From: Cyanocohniella sp. LLY
GTDB lineage: Bacteria > Cyanobacteriota > Cyanobacteriia > Cyanobacteriales > Nostocaceae
DNA: 64,000 nt
Assembly (NCBI GenBank): GCA_022241785.1
Contig: JAKOMP010000016.1
Location: 2,040 to 66,039 of the forward strand
Reading direction: 5' to 3'
Position numbers and translations under genes: made by a program. Below, piece after piece: positions 57,217 to 64,000 of the stretch. How positions within the stretch are numbered: position 1 is the stretch's first letter; each line of letters opens with the position of its first letter. Below the pieces are notes generated by a model. It ran no database searches, was not told the DNA's origin, and saw nothing but the letters and a program-made list of their open reading frames with translations.

Positions 57217-58362
57217 ATGCAGCTACTTTGGTTTATTCCCACTCACGGAGAAGGACGCTACTTAGGCACTGCCATAGGTGGACGGTCAGTCAACTTTGAT
57301 TATTGGCGACAGATTGCTCAAGCAGTAGATCATTTAGGATTCACAGGGGCATTATTACCTACAGGGCGTTCATGTGAGGACGCTTGGGTTTTAGCATCAA
57401 CCTTGGTGACATATACCAAGCAGATGAAATTTTTAGTCGCCATCCGTCCGGGATTGATGTCACCGGGAGTAGCAGCAAGAATGGCAGCCACCTTTGATCG
57501 CATATCTGGTGGTAGATTACTAATTAACGTAGTTACAGGCGGTGATCCTGTAGAATTAGCTGGAGATGGCTTACATCTTTCTCATGACGATCGCTACAAA
57601 TTAACAGATGAATTTTTAGCAGCTTGGCGACAGATAGCAGCCGGAGAAACAGCAGACCTCGAGGGAGATTATCTGAATATTCAAGGTGGAAAACTCTTAT
57701 TTCCTCCAGTACAGAAACCACATCCGCCTTTATGGTTTGGTGGTTCCTCTCCCATCGCCCAAGAAATAGCTGCCAAACACGTAGATGTATATTTAACCTG
57801 GGGCGAAACGCCAGAACAAGTAGCCCAAAAAATTGCCTCTGTACGCCAAAAAGCAGAAGCCCAAGGCAGAACATTACGCTTTGGTATTCGTCTCCACGTC
57901 ATTGTGCGAGAAACAGAAAGTAAAGCCTGGGATGCAGCCAACGACTTAATTCGCTACGTAGACGAAGAAGCGATCGCCAAAACCCAACAAGCTTACGCCC
58001 GCATGGACTCCGAAGGACAACGCCGGATGAAAGAACTACACAACGGGTCGCGTGAAGCCCTAGAAATCAGCCCGAACTTGTGGGCAGGAATTGGCTTAGT
58101 CCGTGGTGGTGCCGGTACAGCCCTAGTAGGCGACCCCGATACAGTAGCCCAAAGAATGTTGGAATATCAAAAATTAGGCATTGATACCTTCATCTTCTCT
58201 GGTTATCCCCACCTAGAAGAAGCCTACCGAGTAGCGGAACTACTATTCCCTCGCTTACCCCTAGAAAATCAACCAATAGTTCAACCACAATTATTTAGTC
58301 CCTTTGGTGAAATCGTCGCCAACCGAGAATTCCCCAAACAACGAATCGCCACCGTAGACTAA
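57217..58362 (+). CDS. ssuD: FMNH2-dependent alkanesulfonate monooxygenase
   Basis: 381 aa LLM-family protein. The N-terminus [18 protein letters not shown] is typical of SsuD. Confidence 0.9.
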   Translation: MQLLWFIPTHGEGRYLGTAIGGRSVNFDYWRQIAQAVDHLGFTGALLPTGRSCEDAWVLASTLVTYTKQMKFLVAIRPGLMSPGVAARMAATFDRISGGRLLINVVTGGDPVELAGDGLHLSHDDRYKLTDEFLAAWRQIAAGETADLEGDYLNIQGGKLLFPPVQKPHPPLWFGGSSPIAQEIAAKHVDVYLTWGETPEQVAQKIASVRQKAEAQGRTLRFGIRLHVIVRETESKAWDAANDLIRYVDEEAIAKTQQAYARMDSEGQRRMKELHNGSREALEISPNLWAGIGLVRGGAGTALVGDPDTVAQRMLEYQKLGIDTFIFSGYPHLEEAYRVAELLFPRLPLENQPIVQPQLFSPFGEIVANREFPKQRIATVD

Positions 58363-58504
58363 AATCCCCTCCGTTTATACCAATTCGCAATTCGCAATTT
58401 AAAAACTTAGATGTAGTAAAGTTTTCAATGGTTACATCCATATCAAGTTTTTTGTGAAATGGTATCACCTCTGCGTTTAAAAATCCTCAAAGGTCTAACC
58501 TAAA

Positions 58505-59071
58505 ATGACAAATATCTTAGCGATCGCCGGCAGTCCCTCCCATCCTTCCAGAACCTACGCCATCCTAGAAAAAGCTGCCAAAACCCTATCACAGCAAGAA
58601 TTAAATATAGATATCATCTCAGTACGAGATATACCCGCCGAAGACTTAGCCTATGGACGTTATGATAGTGCTGCTTTAGAAAAACCAAAAGCTCTACTAG
58701 AAAAAGCAAGCGGCGTAATTATCGCTACGCCCATATATAAAGCAGCCTACACAGGCGTACTCAAAGCATTTTTAGATTTACTACCCCAGAAAGCATTGAT
58801 AGGCAAAGTCGTCTTACCAATAGCCACAGGTGGAACCATAGCGCATTTATTATCAGTAGAGTATGCCTTAAAACCTGTGTTATCAGAACTAGGCGCACGG
58901 CATATCTTGAGTACCGTGTATGCAGTCGATAAACAAATTCAAATTCAGCCAGATGGTAGCGTGCAACTCGATGAAGAAATAGACCAAAGATTGCAAGATG
59001 TCCTCAAAGAGTTTGCTCAAGCAGTGAATTACTCCCAGAATGCTGCCAAAGAATTTGCCCATGCTGGCTAG
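58505..59071 (+). CDS. ssuE: NAD(P)H-dependent FMN reductase
   Basis: 188 aa with an AGSPSHPSRT flavodoxin-like motif. It is adjacent to ssuD. Confidence 0.85.
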   Translation: MTNILAIAGSPSHPSRTYAILEKAAKTLSQQELNIDIISVRDIPAEDLAYGRYDSAALEKPKALLEKASGVIIATPIYKAAYTGVLKAFLDLLPQKALIGKVVLPIATGGTIAHLLSVEYALKPVLSELGARHILSTVYAVDKQIQIQPDGSVQLDEEIDQRLQDVLKEFAQAVNYSQNAAKEFAHAG

Positions 59072-59171
59072 TTAATTAGAGTTTCCCTTACTCCCTTCTC
59101 AATAGCGGTTGGGTGATTGCCATCCATCTGCTATTTTTTATAAATTTTACAATTTTTCTGATGAGTTAGGT

Positions 59172-59210
59172 CGGTCGCAGATATTGTTGAGCATCTGCGA
59201 TCGCTTTTTT
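59172..59210 (+). terminator. Rho-independent terminator downstream of ssuE
   Basis: 11-bp stem (CGGTCGCAGAT / ATCTGCGATCG, including one G-U pair) followed by CTTTTTT. Confidence 0.65.
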
Positions 59211-59392
59211 ATGTGTCAGTACGTCGATAGCCTTCTACTTGATGATTCTCAGGTATGGACAAGTCCCTTATTTATTTCTTTTGATATTTTGTATTTCATG
59301 TATCAAGCTAATATATGTTTACTGTTTTGTTTATCTAATAATTCGTTCAGCTAATCATTTGCTTAACATTATTATAGTTTCTATAAATTACT

Positions 59393-59508
59393 CAGGACTT
59401 ACGTAACCAACCACGTATTTCCGTCATTGCGACAGTAGGGTTCGCGTAGCGTGCCGGAGGCTCTAGCAATCTCAAGTCCTTGATTTTCGTGGCGAGTGCG
59501 TAAGTCCT
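59393..59508. mobile_element. MITE copy B (116 bp), inverted relative to copy A, with a 6-bp TSD (ATTACT) and a nested 24-nt SDR insertion
   Basis: Same termini as copy A. ATTACT is present on both flanks. The extra TTCGCGTAGCGTGCCGGAGGCTCT at 59441-59464 is absent from copy A. Confidence 0.8.
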
Positions 59509-59689
59509 ATTACTAAAAATACTTAAAAAAATAGTCTATTTTTTATCAAATTATCGCTAAAAAGGTCGCCTTTACAAAGCTTACGTTTTTTAAAAGTTAT
59601 GACATCATCATATTCTTGATTGAGATTATGGTGAATATCTTGCTATTTCATAAAGTTATCTGTAATATCGATTACTAAGTCCCCGTAAA

Positions 59690-59715
59690 TACTAAAACTT
59701 GATCGATTATTTGTA
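59690..59715. promoter_or_regulatory. 26-bp TAC-N20-GTA palindromic box (putative sulfur-regulon operator)
   Basis: TACTAAAACTTGATCGATTATTTGTA. Its core CTTGATCGA is shared with the 40907 site. It ends 27 nt before the sbp ATG. Confidence 0.5.
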
Positions 59716-59742
59716 GATTAACCCAAGGAGCCTAGAATCAGG

Positions 59743-60810
59743 ATGTGGCTGGATAAATGGAATCGATGGAAACGTACATCTTTAAAAAGTTTTATTTCAC
59801 TGTTTTTGGTAGCAGTCAGCTTGACTGTCACGACTGCATCTTGCTCTCCTGGTAATGGTGGGGGGGCTTCTGGAACCAAAGAAATTACCCTAGTTAGCTA
59901 CGCCGTTACCCGGGCCGCCTATGAAAATATTATTCCTCTGTTTACCAAACAGTGGCAAGAGAAAACCGGAGAGACCGTTACCTTTGACCAAAGCTACGGC
60001 GGCTCAGGCTCCCAAACTCGTGCAGTAATTGACGGCTTAGAAGCAGACGTTGTTGCCCTAGCACTATCAGCAGATACTTTACAAATCCAGGATGCCGGAT
60101 TAATTCAGCCAGGCTGGGAGAAAAAGACCCCCGATGGCGACGGTATTGTCCACCGCTCTGTGGGCGTAATCGTTACCCGTGAAGGCAACCCCAAAAATAT
60201 TCAAGACTGGGATGATTTAGCCCGCGATGATGTCAGTGTAATCACCGCTAACCCTAAAACCTCTGGTGGCGCTCGTTGGAACTACATGGCACTATGGGGG
60301 AAGATAACCAAAACAGGTGGTACTGAAGCACAAGCCAAAGAATTTGTGACTAAAGTCTATGCCAATGTGCCGGTGCTGCCAAGAGATGCCCGTGAAGCCA
60401 CTGACGCATTCTTTGCTCAAAATCAGGGAGATGCCCTCATCAACTATGAGAACGAAGTTATCTTAGCTAAACAGCAGGGACAGGATTTACCCTACGTAGT
60501 TCCTGATATCAATATTTCCATCGATAACCCCATTGCCATAGTCGATAGCTACGTTGATAAGCGAGGAACCCGCGAAGTAGCAGAAGCCTTTGTCCAGTTT
60601 CTCTTTACCCCCGAAGCCCAGCGCGAATTTGCCAAAGTAGGCTTCCGACCGGTGGTACCAGAAGTAGTCGCGGAATTTGCCGATAAATATCCCAAAATCT
60701 CCACCCTGTTCACTATCGACGATTTTGGCGGCTGGAATCAAGTCAGTCCCAAGTTCTTTGCTGACGGCGCAATTTTTGACGACATCCAGGCTAATATTGC
60801 CCGACGCTAG
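59743..60810 (+). CDS. sbpA: Sulfate/thiosulfate ABC transporter substrate-binding protein
   Basis: 355 aa with lipobox TASCS. It has conserved SYGGSGSQ and NPKTSGGARWNY motifs. Confidence 0.9.
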   Translation: MWLDKWNRWKRTSLKSFISLFLVAVSLTVTTASCSPGNGGGASGTKEITLVSYAVTRAAYENIIPLFTKQWQEKTGETVTFDQSYGGSGSQTRAVIDGLEADVVALALSADTLQIQDAGLIQPGWEKKTPDGDGIVHRSVGVIVTREGNPKNIQDWDDLARDDVSVITANPKTSGGARWNYMALWGKITKTGGTEAQAKEFVTKVYANVPVLPRDAREATDAFFAQNQGDALINYENEVILAKQQGQDLPYVVPDINISIDNPIAIVDSYVDKRGTREVAEAFVQFLFTPEAQREFAKVGFRPVVPEVVAEFADKYPKISTLFTIDDFGGWNQVSPKFFADGAIFDDIQANIARR

Positions 60811-60832
60811 CGTCTCACTCATATCCTTAGCC

Positions 60833-61684
60833 ATGACAGTTTCAAATACACAGTCTAATTTTTCCCTCGCGCCCAAAAATTGGTTCCAGCGCTTTTCGTT
60901 GCCGTGGGGGTTTACCCTTAGTTATATCTCCATCATCCTATTGCTGCCTGTCGCTGCCTTGATTCTTCGGGCTACAACACTCTCACCAGCAGAGTTTTGG
61001 CGACTGGCCACTGCCCCCATTGCCCTATCAGCCTACAGCATCACCTTTGGCACTGCCTTATTTGCAGCCGCTATTAACTGTGTCGCTGGTACTGCTACAG
61101 CTTGGGTCTTGGTACGCTACGATTTTCCTTTTAAGCGGGTTTTGGATGCGGTGATTGACCTGCCCTTTGCCCTACCCACGGCAGTTGCAGGTATCACCCT
61201 GGCAACGGTTTACAGTGAGCAAGGCTGGATTGGTTCGCTGCTTACTCCTTTTGGTATTAGGGTTTCCTTCACTCGGTTGGGGGTGGCGGTGGCGATGGTG
61301 TTTATTTCCGTCCCCTTCGTTGTTCGTGCTGTACAGCCCGTGCTGCAAGAGCTAGATTTAACAGTTGAAGAAGCTGCCTGGTCTTTAGGGGCTTCCCGAT
61401 GGGTAACTTTTTGGAAAGTGATATTACCACCACTTGTACCAGCTATCCTGACTGGTACAACCCAGGCTTTTGCTAGGGCGGTGGGAGAGTATGGCTCGGT
61501 GGTATTGATTGCTGCTAACGTCCCCTTTCAAGATTTAATTGCCCCCATCTTAGTATTCCAGCGCCTCGAACAAAACGACATGGCTGGGGCGACGGCTATT
61601 GGCACAGTGCTGCTGATGATTTCCCTATTGCTGCTGCTGGCAGTGAATTTCTTGCAAACTTGGAGGCAACGCTATGACGCTTGA
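60833..61684 (+). CDS. cysT: Sulfate ABC transporter permease CysT
   Basis: I prefer ATG 60833 (MTVSNTQSNF...). It has the CysT/W EAA loop (EEAAWSLGASRWVTFWKVILP). Confidence 0.9.
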   Translation: MTVSNTQSNFSLAPKNWFQRFSLPWGFTLSYISIILLLPVAALILRATTLSPAEFWRLATAPIALSAYSITFGTALFAAAINCVAGTATAWVLVRYDFPFKRVLDAVIDLPFALPTAVAGITLATVYSEQGWIGSLLTPFGIRVSFTRLGVAVAMVFISVPFVVRAVQPVLQELDLTVEEAAWSLGASRWVTFWKVILPPLVPAILTGTTQAFARAVGEYGSVVLIAANVPFQDLIAPILVFQRLEQNDMAGATAIGTVLLMISLLLLLAVNFLQTWRQRYDA

Positions 61685-62549
61685 TGTCAAATCTACCCAG
61701 TCTCTTCCATCTGAGGGAGTAAAACCCAAACAAGTTAGGGATTGGGGCAGAATTGTGTTAATTGGGTCAGTGGTGGCTTATTTTGCCCTGATATTGTTGC
61801 TACCCACCCTTTATGTCTTCATTGGAGCCTTTAGCCGCGGTATTGGCCCGTTTTTCGCCACCCTTACCAGCCGCGATTTTACTCAAGCCTTTCGTTTGAC
61901 GGCACTAGCGGTAGCAATAGCCGTGCCGTTCAATATCGTCTTTGGTTTATGTGCTGCCTGGGTCATTGCCCGCCGTCGATTTCCAGGACGCACTTTGTTA
62001 CTAAGTATTATTGACTTGCCCTTTTCCATTTCACCCATTGTGGCAGGTTTAATGCTGGTCTCGCTCTATGGACGTAATGGGTTACTTGGCCCCTTGCTAC
62101 AATCCTTAGATATCAGGATTATTTTTGCGTTCCCCGGCATTGCTCTGGCAACTATGTTGGGGGGAATGCCCTTTGTGGCGCGGGAAGTGATTCCAGTACT
62201 AGAAGAAGTTGGTACTCAAGAAGAAGAAGCTGCTAAAACCTTGGGCGCTACTGAATGGCAAACTTTCTGGCGGGTGACCCTACCTTCTATTCGCTGGGCA
62301 TTGTTGTATGGCACTATTCTTACCACTGCTCGCGCCATGGGAGAGTATGGTGCTATTGCGGTTGTCTCTAGTAATTTAATTGGCCGTACCCAGACCCTCA
62401 CCCTATATGTAGAAGGGGCTTATCGCAATTACGATTCCCAAAGTGCCTTTGCAGCTTCAGTGGTGCTAGCCGGATTAGCTGCTTTCACCTTGGTGATTAA
62501 AGAGTTGTTTGAGCGCCGCTTCCAGATCAAAAATGCAGGGGACGAATAG
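61674..62549 (+). CDS. cysW: Sulfate ABC transporter permease CysW
   Basis: EEAAKTLGATEWQTFWRVTLP loop. It overlaps the cysT stop. Confidence 0.9.
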   Translation: MTLDVKSTQSLPSEGVKPKQVRDWGRIVLIGSVVAYFALILLLPTLYVFIGAFSRGIGPFFATLTSRDFTQAFRLTALAVAIAVPFNIVFGLCAAWVIARRRFPGRTLLLSIIDLPFSISPIVAGLMLVSLYGRNGLLGPLLQSLDIRIIFAFPGIALATMLGGMPFVAREVIPVLEEVGTQEEEAAKTLGATEWQTFWRVTLPSIRWALLYGTILTTARAMGEYGAIAVVSSNLIGRTQTLTLYVEGAYRNYDSQSAFAASVVLAGLAAFTLVIKELFERRFQIKNAGDE

Positions 62550-62602
62550 AGTCGCACATAGCATTTCTTCCTGATAATTTCTGACAAAAAGGTAATTGGC
62601 AT

Positions 62603-62869
62603 ATGGTTACTGACAATCAGATAATTCACAAACAAATTCGCCTGCGAATTCCCAGAAATTTCCATCAAGAACCGGTGATTTCTCGTTTAGTCTCAGACTA
62701 CGGTCTCACAATTAATATTACAGCTGCAATTTTGGGTGCCAATGCTGTTGGCGACGGTTGGTTTGAACTTGATTTACAGGGTACAGCAGCACAAATAGAT
62801 GATGCTATCAATTATCTCCAGGAGATAGAACTAGAATTCTGGGATGAAAACAGCGTTAGTAATTGGTGA
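62603..62869 (+). CDS. Stand-alone NIL-domain protein
   Basis: 88 aa. The pattern IRLRIP...PVISRLVSDYGLTINITAAIL...GWFELDLQG resembles the C-terminal NIL domain of MetN. Confidence 0.7.
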   Translation: MVTDNQIIHKQIRLRIPRNFHQEPVISRLVSDYGLTINITAAILGANAVGDGWFELDLQGTAAQIDDAINYLQEIELEFWDENSVSNW

Positions 62870-62901
62870 TTAACTGTTCTACCAATTCTCTATTCTTTCC
62901 T

Positions 62902-63510
62902 ATGCAACGTCAAAAATTACACCCTTCCACTCCCGTTGATAGTCGCATTCGGATTCCTCTGCATTATCAACGCCAACCTCTAATTTCCCGTTTGGTATCA
63001 CGCTACGGTGTCACGGTAAATATCACGGCAGCGATGCTCTCTGCAACAGAAAACTACGGTTGGTTTGATTTGCAACTCCAAGGTAATTATGAACATATCT
63101 GTGACGGACTGCTGTATTTACAGAACCTGGGAGTACATTTAATGCATACAAGTATTGCAGATAATGTGCAATGTGCTGTAAGTCCTCAGTCCTTACATCA
63201 CTCATTACCAACACCTGCACCACCTGTAGCTTATCAAGTTTACAGTAGTCAATCTTATCGACTGCGGGTGCAAATTTGCATTTTGAAAGATTATTATCAG
63301 ACACCAATCATCTTTGACTTAGTGTCGCGCTACGGAATCACAGTCAATATCATGGAAGCTTCATTACCAGCTAATCAACAGGAGGATGGGTGGTTTGATT
63401 TAGATCTTTGGGGTAAACCGCAGCAACTATTTTCTAGTTGCGACTATTTAGAAAATCTCAATTTACCACTGTGGTTAGATGCTTCTTCTTTACATGGACA
63501 GCTTATATGA
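62902..63510 (+). CDS. Tandem double NIL-domain protein
   Basis: Two NIL-like units (..YGVTVNITAAML..GWFDLQLQG.. and ..YGITVNIMEASL..GWFDLDLWG..). I prefer the ATG at 62902. Confidence 0.65.
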   Translation: MQRQKLHPSTPVDSRIRIPLHYQRQPLISRLVSRYGVTVNITAAMLSATENYGWFDLQLQGNYEHICDGLLYLQNLGVHLMHTSIADNVQCAVSPQSLHHSLPTPAPPVAYQVYSSQSYRLRVQICILKDYYQTPIIFDLVSRYGITVNIMEASLPANQQEDGWFDLDLWGKPQQLFSSCDYLENLNLPLWLDASSLHGQLI

Positions 63511-63628
63511 ATTAAATGTGAGTTTATAGCAGTTCTAAATAATTTGTAACATCTTGCATACAGGCTATTGATTGTTGACATTCAATAAGAAAAATTGATA
63601 TTTATCACAACTAAAATAGGATTGCTAT

Positions 63629-63919
63629 ATGGTTGTTTTATTTAGTAAAAGCAGTAGTATGACTCGACTGCGTTTGCGTTTATATATTCCTCCAATTTAC
63701 TTGCAAGAGCCGATTATTTCCCAAATAATTTCTCGTTATAACTTGACGGTTAATATTACGGGTGCAGCGCTAGACAAAAATACTAATGGACAAGGATGTT
63801 TTGACTTAGAACTACAAGGTTCTATGTCTCACATCAGCAATTGTTTAAATTATCTGGAATCTTTACATCTGAAGATTATAGGTAAGCCAAATACAGATGA
63901 AGATAGTTGGTATTGTTGA
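63629..63919 (+). CDS. Stand-alone NIL-domain protein
   Basis: ..PIISQIISRYNLTVNITGAAL..GCFDLELQG.. An alternative start is at 63659. Confidence 0.65.
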   Translation: MVVLFSKSSSMTRLRLRLYIPPIYLQEPIISQIISRYNLTVNITGAALDKNTNGQGCFDLELQGSMSHISNCLNYLESLHLKIIGKPNTDEDSWYC

Positions 63920-64000
63920 GTTTTTGAGATTCCTGATTGTTAAATTTCATAGTGCCAAATATCTTCTTCTCTCAGCACAATTCTATGTAAACGCAGCCGT

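Noticed and set aside
59109-59354. 81-aa ORF downstream of ssuE.
   Set aside because: It spans the ssuE terminator hairpin, is AT-rich with low complexity, and has a non-ATG start.
60677-60832. N-terminal extension of CysT in the ORF track (start at 60677).
   Set aside because: The extension overlaps the last 134 nt of the sbp gene in another frame. The ATG at 60833 gives a normal CysT N-terminus.

Overview
This looks like a chromosomal segment from a filamentous, Nostocales-type cyanobacterium. Supporting signs are frequent HIP1 octamers (GCGATCGC, e.g. 132-139 and 5464-5471), heptamer tandem repeats, small dispersed repeats and MITEs. Overall GC looks to be roughly 40%.

Gene content is dominated by sulfur acquisition and sulfur starvation functions:
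- Four SsuA-type and several other periplasmic binding proteins.
- Two NitT/TauT-type ABC importers (27451-30227 minus strand; ssuCB 43229-44917).
- ssuD/ssuE, a TauD dioxygenase and an SfnB/DszC-like flavoenzyme.
- sbp-cysT-cysW, followed by three stand-alone NIL-domain genes instead of cysA.
- metX-metY, a rhodanese plus a YeeE/YedE thiosulfate-type permease, and an AprA/AprB-like flavoprotein/ferredoxin pair.
- Many detoxification-type genes: 3 GSTs, several VOC/Fos-like proteins, 4 GNATs and 4 methyltransferases.

The most striking non-genic signal is a 26-bp palindromic box, TACGGTAAAT-N6-ATTTACCGTA (TAC-N20-GTA). I found it about 15 times in good form plus 4 weaker copies. Every copy I noticed is intergenic, in front of sulfur-related operons, so I read it as the operator of an unassigned sulfur regulon. 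No plausible cognate regulator is encoded in the window.

Other content:
- A solo IS605-family TnpB element with a probable omega-RNA.
- A PIN toxin-antitoxin pair.
- Two MITE copies, each with a 6-bp target-site duplication.
- Nested small dispersed repeats.
- Several decayed genes: a frameshifted FosA-like gene, an internally deleted LLM monooxygenase, an aminotransferase/MetC-like chimera, and small gene fragments.

I recognised no rRNA, tRNA or CRISPR array. All functional calls come from reading the translated ORFs against remembered family signatures. No database search was run.
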